DNA from: Bdellovibrionota bacterium
GTDB lineage: Bacteria > Bdellovibrionota > UBA1018 > CAIPTA01 > JAALKR01
Direction: 5' to 3'
DNA length: 64,000 nucleotides
NCBI GenBank assembly: GCA_965207455.1
Contig: CBDBMJ010000001.1
Coordinates: 384,001 to 448,000, forward strand
Position numbers and translations under genes: made by a program. Shown one piece after another: positions 39,140 to 50,300 of this stretch. The number at the start of each line of letters is the position of its first letter. Positions within the stretch are counted from its first letter, which is position 1. Below the pieces are notes generated by a model. The model had not been told where the DNA came from. It did no database searches and saw only the letters and a list, made by a program, of their open reading frames with translations.

Positions 39140-40106
39140 CGCCATTGGAAACACTCCCATTGTGCGCCTCCATTCCGTATCTAGTGGTTTGGAACCCACA
39201 ATTTATGTAAAGCTGGAGGCTTGTAATCCTGGGGGATCCATTAAAGATCGCATAGCGCCCTTTCTCATTGGCGACGCAGAGAAGGAGGGCACTCTCAAGC
39301 CTGGAGGCACTATCGTGGAAGCCACCAGTGGAAACACAGCCATTGGTCTTGCCATGGCAGCCATTAGTGCCAGAAAAGGATACAAGGTAGTGGCTGTAAT
39401 GAGCGACAAGCAATCCATAGACAAAGTAAATACCCTCCATGCCTTAGGGGTGAAAACAGTGGTTACTCCTTCCTCCGTTCCGCCCGACCATCCCGAGTCC
39501 TATTATTCAGTGGCAGAAAGAATTGTGAAGGAAACACCCAACGCTATTCTCACCAACCAGTACCATAACGGGGCCAACCCTCGTGCTCATTATGAAACCA
39601 CGGGTCCAGAAATTTGGGAGCAAATGGAGGGGAATATCCAATACTTTGTGGCAGGTCTGGGTACGGGAGGCACTATTTCGGGAGTGTCGCATTTTTTAAA
39701 AGAAAAAAATAAAAGTATTCAAACCATTGGTGTGGATCCTAAGGGGTCGATCTTGCGACAGTACCATGAAACAAAAACCGTCGGCGAGGCGGGATCCTAT
39801 CTTATAGAAGGCATCGGCGAGGATATTATTCCTAAAAATGTGCACTTTGATTATATCGATACAATGGTTACTGTGGACGATCAGGAATCCATAACTTACT
39901 TACACCGACTAGCCAAGGAGGAGGGGATTTTTGGTGGATCGAGTAGTGGTGCTGCTATTGCTGGAGCTGTGAAAATAGCCCGAACGCTTCCCAAGGGAAA
40001 TATGTTAGTTATTCTTCCCGACGGAGGAGGTAAGTATTTAAGTAAGTTCTACAACTCGAAGTGGTTGCGAGACAATGGGTTGGATCCAAAAGATGGCAAG
40101 CCCTAA
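39111..40106 (+). CDS. Cystathionine beta-synthase / cysteine synthase family PLP enzyme
   Basis: IGNTP, NPGGSIKDR, EATSGNT, K.S.DK...L, PESY, GTGGTI, IEGIG, PDGG.KYLSK; these motifs are CBS-like. Confidence 0.9.
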   Translation: MKKISNTVVDAIGNTPIVRLHSVSSGLEPTIYVKLEACNPGGSIKDRIAPFLIGDAEKEGTLKPGGTIVEATSGNTAIGLAMAAISARKGYKVVAVMSDKQSIDKVNTLHALGVKTVVTPSSVPPDHPESYYSVAERIVKETPNAILTNQYHNGANPRAHYETTGPEIWEQMEGNIQYFVAGLGTGGTISGVSHFLKEKNKSIQTIGVDPKGSILRQYHETKTVGEAGSYLIEGIGEDIIPKNVHFDYIDTMVTVDDQESITYLHRLAKEEGIFGGSSSGAAIAGAVKIARTLPKGNMLVILPDGGGKYLSKFYNSKWLRDNGLDPKDGKP

Positions 40107-41259
40107 AGGTTCTTCATTTGAAACCCTTGCCGTTCATGCTGGTCAAGAGCCGGATCCACACACGGGTGCTATTATAACTCCCATCTTTCAAACCTCCACT
40201 TTTGTGCAGGAAAAAGCGGGAAAAGACAAAGGTTACGACTATTCTCGTGCAAAAAATCCCACCCGGTCTGCCTATGAAAATTGCGTGGCAGCGCTGGAGG
40301 CAGGAAAAGAAAATACAGCCTTTGGTGCTGCTTTTGCTTCGGGCTGTGCTGCTACGGCAACCCTAATCCACTTGCTCCAACCTGGGGATCATGTACTTTG
40401 TATCGACGATCTTTATGGCGGCACTTATCGGCTTTTTCATGACGTTTTACAAAAGCAGGGAATAGAATTTTCTTTTGTGGATCTTGTGGACGAGACTCAA
40501 TTGGAAAAAGAATTTCGCGACAACACAAAAATGGTATGGATAGAAACCCCCACAAACCCTCTCTTAAAAATTGTAGATATTGAAAAGGTGGCCCGTTTTG
40601 CAAAAAGCAGAAACGCGCTTTTGGTGGTGGACAATACGTTTATGAGTCCCTACTTTCAAAAACCCATGGACCTAGGGGCAGATATTGTATTCCACTCGGC
40701 CACAAAATACCTCAACGGTCATTCAGACATAGTGGGCGGAGTGGTGGTGACCCCCAACGCCCAGCTCGCAGAAAAAATTTATTACCTCCAAAAGTGCATA
40801 GGAGCTGTGGCAGGCCCCTTTGATGCTTGGCTAGCCATGCGTGGTATCAAGACCCTTGCCATCAGAATGGACCGCCATGAATCCAACGCCAATGCCATAG
40901 TGAAACTACTGGTAGGCCACAAAAACGTGGAGAAAGTCTATTACCCGGGTCTTCCCGATCACCCTGGCCACAATATTGCCAAAAAGCAAATGACGGGCTT
41001 TGGAGGTATGATTAGCTTTACCCTTAAAGGAGGCTTGGAAAAGGCTCGCACGGTGGTGGAAAGTACCCAAATCTTTGCCTTGGCAGAAAGCCTTGGGGGA
41101 GTGGAGAGCTTAATTGAGCACCCTGGTATTATGACCCACGCAAGTGTTCCCCAAGAGATTCGTGCCAAACTGGGGATTGAGGACAGCCTTGTACGCCTTT
41201 CTGTGGGCATTGAGGCCGAAAAAGATCTTCTTCAGGACTTGGAGCGGGTATTGGATTAA
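40093..41259 (+). CDS. Cystathionine gamma-lyase/synthase
   Basis: YSRAKNPTR, YGGT, ETPTNP, DNTF, HSATKYLNGHSD, LAESLGGVESL, RLSVGIE. Confidence 0.92.
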   Translation: MASPKGSSFETLAVHAGQEPDPHTGAIITPIFQTSTFVQEKAGKDKGYDYSRAKNPTRSAYENCVAALEAGKENTAFGAAFASGCAATATLIHLLQPGDHVLCIDDLYGGTYRLFHDVLQKQGIEFSFVDLVDETQLEKEFRDNTKMVWIETPTNPLLKIVDIEKVARFAKSRNALLVVDNTFMSPYFQKPMDLGADIVFHSATKYLNGHSDIVGGVVVTPNAQLAEKIYYLQKCIGAVAGPFDAWLAMRGIKTLAIRMDRHESNANAIVKLLVGHKNVEKVYYPGLPDHPGHNIAKKQMTGFGGMISFTLKGGLEKARTVVESTQIFALAESLGGVESLIEHPGIMTHASVPQEIRAKLGIEDSLVRLSVGIEAEKDLLQDLERVLD

Positions 41260-41327
41260 ATTTCTATTGCAAAAATAGGTATATGGTAATATAGTTTTCT
41301 CGGTTTAAAAAAATAGGAGATAAAGTT

Positions 41328-41507
41328 ATGGCAAAAAAAAGTGCTCGTGTAATTATTACGCTAGAATGTACGGAAGCTCGAAAAGAAGGCAAATCTCCCT
41401 CTCGCTATTCCACAACAAAAAATAAGCAAGCTACCCCTCAGCGGTTAGAAAAAAAGAAGTATAATCCTGCTTTACGAAAACATACACTCCATCGAGAAAT
41501 AAAATAA
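41328..41507 (+). CDS. rpmG: 50S ribosomal protein L33 (not in the ORF track)
   Basis: Manual translation [59 protein letters not shown] (59 aa); AGGAG RBS. Confidence 0.95.
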   Translation: MAKKSARVIITLECTEARKEGKSPSRYSTTKNKQATPQRLEKKKYNPALRKHTLHREIK

Positions 41508-41579
41508 TTTTCTCCTATTCCGCTCCAAGAACTCCTATAATTTAATAATATAAACAAATAAAGTTTGGATAATGGAAGC

Positions 41580-42908
41580 ATGAAGTTTCTTATAGCTCAC
41601 GGACGGCACGATCTTCTTGAACTCTATGGAGATATCATTGAAAGCGTGGACGAGTCCCTCGTCATACTCAAGGCAGAGTCCTATCAAAAAGCCCAAACCA
41701 TACTGAGAAAAGAAGATATAGATTGCATTATTTGCGATCAAAACCTTCCAGGAGGATCGGGCTTAGATCTGTTTGTTTTTTCAAAAACACAGGGGAGGAT
41801 TCCCTTTGCCCTGTCTGGAGATAAGGAAGCAGAAAGTATTCCTGAATACGAGGAGTACAAGAAGGATATTTTTTCTTATATCCTTCAATCCCAAGCCGTG
41901 CCGTCGATTCTCAACGTGGTAACTGCGCTAAAAAAGAAAAAAAATAAAGCCACAAAAAAATCCTCATACACTCGAGTGCGCATGGGAAATCTATCCAAAA
42001 TGAAAACCATGGTGTGTGATATATACCTGCAATTGTCGGAAAAAAAACATGTGAAGGTTATGAACTCAGGTGGAGCATTTACGAAAAAAGATTTCAATCG
42101 GTATGAAAACAAAGGGCTTGCGTATCTATATATTAAAAAAGAAGACAGTAGAGCGTTTATGCGACAGCTTTTAAAAAGCATTGAAGAATCCTTGAAAATA
42201 AAAGTTTCTCACAAAGATAATGTTATGGATTTAGCAAGAATCTCCCACCTAGCTATTTACGACAGCATACAGTCCCTAGGAGTTACCCCCGAAGCCCAAG
42301 AGCTTATTCAAGTAAACATGCAAATGGCCATAGATACGGTAAAGGATAGCGACATTTCCACAAGACTCTTTTCTAAGCTGGAATCCAACCCAGAAGCTTA
42401 TATTAATGTTCACAGCACAGCCCTGTCCTTCCTCACCTGCGCCCTAGCTTCAGTGATGCCATGGCGACAAGAATCCTCATACTATAAACTCTCCCTCGCT
42501 GCCATTCTCCACGACATTAGCCTAAGCAACCACAAACTTGCTGCCATTCAAAACCTAGAAGATCTGGAAAAAAATAAAGAACTTTTTAAACAAAAAGAAC
42601 GGGAAGAGTATAAAAAACACCCTCTACAAATTGCTCAAATGGTACGAAATATTGAATCCATACCACCGGACGTAGACAATATTATCCTCCAACACCACGA
42701 ACAACCCGACGGGAAAGGATTTCCCCACAAACTAAGAGCCCCTCGTATCAGTCACCTCTCTAGTCTTTTTATTATTTCCCATGATATTATCCACTTCCTT
42801 CTCAGAGAAAACGGCACCATCCAAGACTATTTTGAAAAAAACAAACAAAAGTTTCGTGTGGGACAATTCCGGACCATTTTCGTGGAAGTAGAAAAAATCC
42901 TATCCTGA
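41580..42908 (+). CDS. Receiver-like domain plus HD-GYP-family protein
   Basis: CIICDQNLPGGSG receiver; LHDI; QHHEQPDGKGFP. Confidence 0.8.
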   Translation: MKFLIAHGRHDLLELYGDIIESVDESLVILKAESYQKAQTILRKEDIDCIICDQNLPGGSGLDLFVFSKTQGRIPFALSGDKEAESIPEYEEYKKDIFSYILQSQAVPSILNVVTALKKKKNKATKKSSYTRVRMGNLSKMKTMVCDIYLQLSEKKHVKVMNSGGAFTKKDFNRYENKGLAYLYIKKEDSRAFMRQLLKSIEESLKIKVSHKDNVMDLARISHLAIYDSIQSLGVTPEAQELIQVNMQMAIDTVKDSDISTRLFSKLESNPEAYINVHSTALSFLTCALASVMPWRQESSYYKLSLAAILHDISLSNHKLAAIQNLEDLEKNKELFKQKEREEYKKHPLQIAQMVRNIESIPPDVDNIILQHHEQPDGKGFPHKLRAPRISHLSSLFIISHDIIHFLLRENGTIQDYFEKNKQKFRVGQFRTIFVEVEKILS

Positions 42909-43142
42909 TACTGTAATAAGCCTACCTTGTAAGAGCTCCATTATTGTGTTCAATTGCTTGCCGAGAAGATAAACAAAGACAGCGGAAATAAGAAGCACAA
43001 CAACAGTGATGAGTAATTTTTTGGAGCGAGCAATTTTGGGATTTTGCCATAGAAGGGGAAGGGCAAGGGGACCGGCTATGACTACCCCTATCCAAAAAAT
43101 ACTTATATTTTCTCTCCACGACTTTGGCTTATTTTGGTTCAT
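42900..43142 (-). CDS. Small membrane protein
   Basis: Two hydrophobic segments with GPLALPLLWQNP; start overlaps the ogt stop region. Confidence 0.65.
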   Translation of the reverse strand: MNQNKPKSWRENISIFWIGVVIAGPLALPLLWQNPKIARSKKLLITVVVLLISAVFVYLLGKQLNTIMELLQGRLITVSG

Positions 43143-43668
43143 AGTTTTCTAATGCTAACAATTGCTGCTTTAAATGTACACCTCGATAGGCGCGAAATCC
43201 CACTAAAGCTCCCCCTGCGCCCAAAACGCGATGGCAGGGAACGAGAAAAGGGTAGGGGTTTTTTGCCATGGCCTGTCCCACAGCCCTTGCTCCACGGGGA
43301 GAACCACAATCCCTTGCCACCTCACCATAAGTTAAAACCTCTCCCACGGGAATTTTCCTCACCCGCTTGAAAACAGCGGAATAAAAAGGAGGCAATTTTT
43401 GGGTATATAGGGGCACTTGGGAAAACAGCACGCTTGGCTCGTCCACCGTCCCTCGAGTATATTTTTTTATACTTTCGACCAAACCCCCAAACCACTTTGG
43501 AGGCTCATCCGGGAAAGCACCACCCATACTCTCCTGTATTTCTTTTTCAATACGACGATGAAGACTTTTCCTATCCCTGTCTGGCAGCCAAAGTCGCAAA
43601 ACTTTGTCCTCTTGCCAAGCAAGTCCCATATATCCCAGCGCTGTAGAGAAAGTTCTATATCCTCGCAT
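43129..43668 (-). CDS. ogt: Methylated-DNA--protein-cysteine methyltransferase
   Basis: IPVGEVLTYG, RAVGQA..KNP, VPCHRV active site. Confidence 0.92.
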   Translation of the reverse strand: MRGYRTFSTALGYMGLAWQEDKVLRLWLPDRDRKSLHRRIEKEIQESMGGAFPDEPPKWFGGLVESIKKYTRGTVDEPSVLFSQVPLYTQKLPPFYSAVFKRVRKIPVGEVLTYGEVARDCGSPRGARAVGQAMAKNPYPFLVPCHRVLGAGGALVGFRAYRGVHLKQQLLALENYEPK

Positions 43669-43690
43669 TTTTATTATTCCATCTATTGTT

Positions 43691-44308
43691 TCAATCCTGG
43701 TCGCAATGTTTTAGGTAGGTTTTTTTCTTCCCTCTAGTCCATAACACACGGTCGGTATACGCCTCAAATCCTCTTTCCAAAGAACTCTGCACCTGAGAAC
43801 CCTCCAAAATTCCCAACACACGCGCAATGGCTTCAAATGTGGCCATGCCCTCTGGTCTCGATTCTTTGCGCAACCTGTAGATCGACGGCTCTCCCACAGG
43901 AAGAGCAATCCGGGGAAGGTCTCGAAGGTAAGGGTTGCGAAAAATCATCTTCCGCGCCTGCCTCCAAGAACCGTCTGGCACAATCAACTGCAAAGGCTTG
44001 CTATACTCCTGCCGACCCGTCAACACCTCTGCCTCCTTATTGGGAAACAACACCACAGGCAGGTAGTCCGGGTGGAGCAATTTTTTTGTAATACCATAGT
44101 CAACAGGTTGCCTTAGCACCGTAACACTGGCATTCTCCAAAGCCAGCGTTGCCAAGTGCCCCGTATTGGAAATCTTCCAATACTCCCGATGATGAATAAA
44201 AACAGTCACTTTCGTGGAAAGCCGAAAGGGCTGGAAAAAGGAGCATATGCATAACTCGGCATGCATGCGGCAGGAAATACAACGAATGTGACCTCGGCTG
44301 GAACTCAT
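43691..44308 (-). CDS. DTW-domain tRNA-uridine aminocarboxypropyltransferase (TapT/YfiP-like)
   Basis: RC..C......CIC zinc motif, H.RE...SNTG, DGSWRQARK, T.EA. Confidence 0.85.
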   Translation of the reverse strand: MSSSRGHIRCISCRMHAELCICSFFQPFRLSTKVTVFIHHREYWKISNTGHLATLALENASVTVLRQPVDYGITKKLLHPDYLPVVLFPNKEAEVLTGRQEYSKPLQLIVPDGSWRQARKMIFRNPYLRDLPRIALPVGEPSIYRLRKESRPEGMATFEAIARVLGILEGSQVQSSLERGFEAYTDRVLWTRGKKKTYLKHCDQD

Positions 44309-44401
44309 CTCCACAAAAAGATAGCACAGAACATATGGGATGCCACCCCAACAACTAAAAAAGGCTTGCCCCCCAGCATATCCCATGGGTAATGTCTAAC
44401 T

Positions 44402-44737
44402 ATGTCCTTTGTGATCACAGAAAAATGTGTTTCCGAAGTCTATGCTTCCTGCGTGGGAGTCTGCCCCGTGGAGTGCATTCACTACGTGGAAAAAATGCCC
44501 AAAGGCATGCCCCATAACGGAAAACCCTTTATGGTAATCGACCCCGACATCTGCATCGAATGTGGCGCCTGTGAACTCGAATGCCCCATAGGCGCTATCG
44601 TGGACAACGAAGAAGTAAGCCCCGAATGGACCGCAATCAACGCAAAACTCGCACCAGAAGTAATAGGAGAAACCACAGACGTGCGACCTCCCAGCTCTCC
44701 GCCCAACCGCTCAGAAAATAAACTGACTAATAACTAG
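44402..44737 (+). CDS. Dicluster (7Fe-type) ferredoxin
   Basis: C.......CVGVCPVEC and IDPDICIECGACELECP. Confidence 0.9.
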   Translation: MSFVITEKCVSEVYASCVGVCPVECIHYVEKMPKGMPHNGKPFMVIDPDICIECGACELECPIGAIVDNEEVSPEWTAINAKLAPEVIGETTDVRPPSSPPNRSENKLTNN

Positions 44738-44993
44738 GTCTGTAAAGAAGAGACTGCCTTTCTATGTGGGCATCAGTGCTTAGATATCATAAGAGATTAT
44801 CTATTTTTCTTGATTGTAAGCTGATGAACTTGCCTTATATGCTTTGAGTAGATAAAATCTTTAAGTGGGGCATTTAAAATTATTTATCTAAAAGGCAATG
44901 AAAATTCTTCCAGAGACTAATTCCTCTGTTAAAATGGGAAATGACGTATAGATATTTTTTGACCACAGCAACTTTTCATAGGCGAACCTGATC

Positions 44994-45383
44994 ATGCATA
45001 TAAGAGAAATAGAAGAGAATGTAAAAAATTTAGTAGGGAAATTTACTAACGAGCGATTTATTTTTGATTTCCTATTGTCTTTTGGTTGCCCAAATAAAAA
45101 ATTATTAAGAAAATCGATCAGTTCTGCTAATTCATGGGATAAAAAATATTTGCTTACCCGGTATAGCAAAGAAGAAGATGATTTCAATGAAATACAAGAA
45201 AAATTTGAAAGTGAATTATGGGCAGTAAATGCCTCAGTTCATTTCAATAAATGGGCAGATATGGATAAAAATGAATTTAAAAATATCCTCGCTTATTCTT
45301 ATGACGATGGTAAAAAGAAAAATATGGACTGGTGTCAGTCTTCAAGGAAAATAGCATCTGAAAATGAGAGGCTTGCAAAATGA
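44994..45383 (+). pseudogene. Probable chimeric gene remnant at the left edge of the defence island
   Basis: First ~35 aa resemble the N-terminus of YeeA/MmeI-like methyltransferases; the rest (WAVNASVHFNKWAD) looks unrelated. Recall only. Confidence 0.35.
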
Positions 45384-47359
45384 GTAAGCCAAGATACTTA
45401 ACAAAATCAAGATTTAAGCTAGGTATTGAATGTCCTACAAAGCTTTTTTACACAGGTAAAAAAGAATATCCAGACTCTAAGATGGATGACTTCTTCTTGG
45501 CAGCACTGGCCGAAGGTGGATTTCAGGTTGGAGATTTAGCAAAGCTGTATTTTCCAAATGGGCATGACATTACAACTCTTAACTATGAAGAAGCTGAAAA
45601 TCAAACACTTGAGCTTCTAAAACAAGATAATGTGATTATCTATGAGCCTGCGATACGCTTTCAAGATTTATTTATAAGAATTGATGTACTGGTAAAAAAA
45701 TGGAATCATTTCGATCTAATTGAAGTTAAGGCTAAATCTTTTGACGAGACAGAAGAAGAACCATTTCTTAATAAAAATGGGACGATTAAAGCAACTTGGA
45801 AATCTTACCTTTATGACATTGCTTTTCAAAGGCATGTCTTAGCCGGAGTATATCCAGATGCAAGTATTTCATCATACCTGATGATGGCAGATAAAAATGC
45901 TTCTTGCCTGACAGAGGGATTAAATCAAAAGTTTAGAATTGTGAGAGATGAATCAAACAGAAAAGGAATAAGCATATCTAATACAATGACGGCTAACGAC
46001 TTAAAGCACAAAATTCTTATTCAGGTTCCTGTGGATGATAAAATACAGCTAATTTATGATGGTAAAGATTCAAAAATTGTAAATAAGAGAGGATTTTTTG
46101 AAAATATTGAGTTCCTATCTGAAAAATATAAAGCAGATAAAAAAATAAAAAGTCCAATAGGTTCGAAATGCGCAAAATGCGAGTTTAAAATCTCTGGTTC
46201 TGATAAAAATTCTAAAAGCGGTTTCAAAGAATGTTGGAGTGAAGCTCTTAAATGGAAAGATGCTGATTTTTATGAGTCTAATATTCTTGAGGTTTGGAAC
46301 TTTAAAAGAAAAGATAAATTAATTGAAGAGGGAAAAATTAAACTTACTGATCTTTGTGAAGAAGATATTTCTCCAAAAAATGATAGTAATCCTGGAATTA
46401 CATCAAGTGAGAGACAATGGCTTCAAATAGAAATGGTACAGCTTGGGCAAGAGAAACCTTTCTTTGATGCCCATGGAATGAAATTGGAAATGGATAAATG
46501 GACTTTTCCTTTGCACTTTATAGATTTTGAAACAACTGCGGTTGCGATTCCTTTTAACAAAGGTCGTAAACCTTACGAGGGTATCGCCTTTCAATTTTCT
46601 CACCATATTGTTTCAAAAGATGGGTCAATTGAGCATGTGGGAGAATATTTAAATACTGAACGAGGTATATTTCCTAATTATGAATTTGTGAGACAGTTAA
46701 AGCTACAACTTGAAAAGGATGAGGGAACAATTTTTAGATATACTTCTCATGAAAACACTTATCTGAATTTAATCTATAGGCAGTTGCTGGTCGATGAATC
46801 TGAAATTCTAGATAAAAATGAGTTATGTGATTTTATTAAATCAATAACAAAGTCTGTTAGTTCAAGTGCCGAAAAGTGGAAAGGGCTAAGATCAATGGTA
46901 GATATGTGGGATTTGGTAAAGAAGTTTTACTATTCACCACAAACCAAAGGATCGAATTCGATTAAGGCGGTACTCTCTGCAATATTAAATTCGTCAGAGT
47001 ATTTGCAAAAGAAGTATTCACTCCCTATCTACGGTAAAGACATAAAAAGCCATAATTTTGATAATTGGAAATGGATAGAGATAAAAAACGGCATTATTAT
47101 TGATCCATATAAGAGATTACCAAAAATGTTCCAAGATATATCAGAAAAGAACATGAAAGTTCTCTCCGAAGATGATGAGCTTGCCAATGGTGGCGCAGCT
47201 CTAACCGCTTATGGGAAAATGCAGTTTGCTGAAATAACAGATTATGAAAAAGATGAGCTATGTAAAGCTCTGTTGAAATATTGTGAGTTGGATACTTTTG
47301 CTATGGTGATGATTTATGAAGCTTGGCGAGAGATGGTTAATAATGAAGAAGCAGTTTAG
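45380..47359 (+). CDS. DUF2779-domain protein: PD-(D/E)xK nuclease-like N-half plus DEDD/RNase H-fold C-half
   Basis: LTKSRF...ECP.KL, RIDVL...LIEVKA, YDIAFQ; FIDFET, PYE..AFQFS.H, GSNSIKAVL, YCELDT. Confidence 0.8.
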   Translation: MSKPRYLTKSRFKLGIECPTKLFYTGKKEYPDSKMDDFFLAALAEGGFQVGDLAKLYFPNGHDITTLNYEEAENQTLELLKQDNVIIYEPAIRFQDLFIRIDVLVKKWNHFDLIEVKAKSFDETEEEPFLNKNGTIKATWKSYLYDIAFQRHVLAGVYPDASISSYLMMADKNASCLTEGLNQKFRIVRDESNRKGISISNTMTANDLKHKILIQVPVDDKIQLIYDGKDSKIVNKRGFFENIEFLSEKYKADKKIKSPIGSKCAKCEFKISGSDKNSKSGFKECWSEALKWKDADFYESNILEVWNFKRKDKLIEEGKIKLTDLCEEDISPKNDSNPGITSSERQWLQIEMVQLGQEKPFFDAHGMKLEMDKWTFPLHFIDFETTAVAIPFNKGRKPYEGIAFQFSHHIVSKDGSIEHVGEYLNTERGIFPNYEFVRQLKLQLEKDEGTIFRYTSHENTYLNLIYRQLLVDESEILDKNELCDFIKSITKSVSSSAEKWKGLRSMVDMWDLVKKFYYSPQTKGSNSIKAVLSAILNSSEYLQKKYSLPIYGKDIKSHNFDNWKWIEIKNGIIIDPYKRLPKMFQDISEKNMKVLSEDDELANGGAALTAYGKMQFAEITDYEKDELCKALLKYCELDTFAMVMIYEAWREMVNNEEAV

Positions 47360-47367
47360 GTGATTTA

Positions 47368-50300
47368 ATGAGTGAGAAATTAAAACCTGATATAAAAATA
47401 TACTTAGATGAAATTTCAGAAAGACTTTACTCTGGTCATGCCTCTATTATGATTGGTACTGGTTTTAGTAAAAATGCGGTTCCAAATGCGAATGATTCAA
47501 AATCATTCTTAAATTGGAATGAATTAGCAGATATATTTTTCAAAAAATTATATGATAGAAAACCGGATGAAAAAGATCGGTATTTAAATCCTATTAAGCT
47601 TGCAGAAGAAGTTCAGGCCGCATTTGGAAGACCTACTCTTGATAAAATCATATTGGATAGTCTACCTGATTTAGATTATTCTCCTGCAAAATTACATAAA
47701 GATTTAGTTTCCTTACCGTGGAACAATATCTTTACAACAAATTATGATACTTTGTTAGAACGAGCAGGTGAAAAATCAACGCAGCGGTATGATATAGTTA
47801 TTAATCAAAAAGACCTTGTGTATTCAAAAAATCCTAGAATAGTAAAACTACATGGAAGCTTTCCATCGGAAAAACCTTTCATAATAACAGAAGAAGATTA
47901 TCGCACATATCCAGATCATTTTGCTCTTTATCTTAATACTGTCCAGCAATCTTTGATTGAAAACACATTGTGTTTGATTGGTTTTTCTGGCGATGATCCA
48001 AATTTTTTACATTGGATTGGATGGATTAGAGACAATCTTGGTTATGAACATTCGCCTAAAATTTATTTAATAGGTATTTTTGATATTTCTTCATCAAAAA
48101 TGAAGCTCTTGGAAAGAAAAAATATAACTGTGATTGATTTATCTGATACTGCTCCGCAAGGTAAAGACAAGCATCGAAAGGCTTTGGAAATTTTTATCAA
48201 ATATCTTAATAAAAAAGAAGATGATGAAATAAAATTAGACTGGCCTTCTGATAAAACACTACGGCCTCCTAATTATGATAAAAAAAATGATTTAAAAAAA
48301 GAAATGAGTGAAGTTGCAAACGAATGGAGAAAGGTCAGGGAGGAATATCCCGGTTGGGTAGTATGCCCGTATGAGAATCGCAAAAGATTATGGAGTTATA
48401 CGGAAGATTGGACTTATGAACGGCACTTACAATCAGAGGATACAGATGAAAGAGTCTTACTTTTTTTGTATGAGTTGGTTTGGCGATTAGAAAAATGCCT
48501 CGTTCCCTTGTGGGATGACCTTGCAAAAAGTGTAAATAGAGTTATAGAAGGTTTTCTTTCTTTTGATAAAACTAAACTAGAGAATGAAAATGAATTCGCT
48601 GCAATTCATGAAAAATGGCTATATTTAAATTTTTCGTATTTAAGGTATCTAAGAGAAGAAGGTTTGGATGATAAGTGGAGAGAGTCTTTGAAATTAACTA
48701 AATCAAGGCCTGATTCTTTACCTGAATTATATAAAATAAAAATGTTATTTGAAGAGTGTTACTTCTGCTTATATCGGCAAGATATAAAAGGACTGTTAGG
48801 ATTATTTATGCAGTTGAAAGGAAAAAACCTTTCTCCTTTTGAAAAAGCTCGCTTGGCTTCAATGATGGCTGAGTTTGGACTCCTGAAAGAGTCAAAAGCA
48901 CTGCTTGAAGAATCATTAAACTCTATTCGTTCTTTACAAAACTTAAAACCTATTACTAGCGACTATACTTATCTTTCTCAAGAATCGTATATTTTGCAAA
49001 TATTGAAAATATTAAAAGATGAGGGAAGTTTTTGGTCTAGAAGTAATTCCAATGATAAAAATCCTATTACTAAATATTATGAGAGTTCAACTGAAAAAAA
49101 GAATAAATATGATAAAGAAAAATCAGAAGATCAACCACAAGATAATGATAAACATAGTCGTGATTATATCTCTGAATTTGTAAATCGCTGGTCAACACTT
49201 AAAGATTACAAATGTGACCCATGGGGTGAGCTAGAGTTTTTTAAATTAAAATTGGAAGATCAGCCAATTCCATATGAGAGAGAAGTCAAAATTGATGGCT
49301 TTGATATTGGTCATTATTCTACATCATACAAATTAGGAGAGAATGATCCAGAGCCACTGAGAGCGTTTAATTTTTTAAGGTTTATTGAAGATATTGCAAT
49401 GCCTTTGCGAGTTTCTAATATGACATATGGGCAAGAATCTGTAAATGGAGCTATCTTACGACTTCATCAAGTAGCCCCTAATTGGGCATTGAGTATGATG
49501 TTAAGAGCTGGTGATAGCAAATCACTCGATAAAATATTAGATAGAGAAACCTTATATAGAATGAAGCAGGAAAAAGTTAATTATTTACTAACTTTTTATC
49601 TGGACTTACTCAATGAGGTGGAAGAGCTTGTAGGAATGTCAGATAGTTGGAAAACCTCTAATATTGGAATTAGAATTGCCCAACTGGTTCCAGAAATATT
49701 GTCAAGGTTGATACTAAAAACAACATTAGAAAATCGTGAAAAAGTATTAGAATTTTTAATAAAAGTTTATAGCTTTAAAGCAAAAAGTAATTATAGCGGT
49801 ATTGGAAATTTATGTAAAAGGCTCATTTCTTCTTGGCCACAAAAAGATTACAATAAATTAGTGAATACAATTCTGGTCAATTTTACTTGTCAGCAGGAAA
49901 GTAATCATATTATTCAAAGAGAATTTCCTGATCCATTTCTTTCATTAAATATTAAAGGCATTAAAGATCATAATGTTATGATTTCGATTCCAGATGTTGT
50001 CGTGAAAGATTTATTAGCAGACTTTTCTAAAGCTGAGGGTGAATTCAGACATAATTTATTTATCAGACTAGCCATACTAAATGATATTAGAGCACTGAAC
50101 AAAAATCAGGAGAAAATATTTTCAGAGTTATTATGGTCTCTAACTTGTGAAGATGGTTTTCCATCCGTAGGAGGTGATATTGATAAATACTGGTTCTCAA
50201 CATTACCATACCCTAATAAGATAGAAATATATAAGTTGTTTAAAGTATATCTTTTGAAGCTCATACCACCAGTGCAGGATGGAAATAATGTAAGTATTTC

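Noticed and set aside
45380..47359. Cas4 / CRISPR adaptation module
   Set aside because: Only a Cas4-like fold signature; no cas1, cas2 or array.
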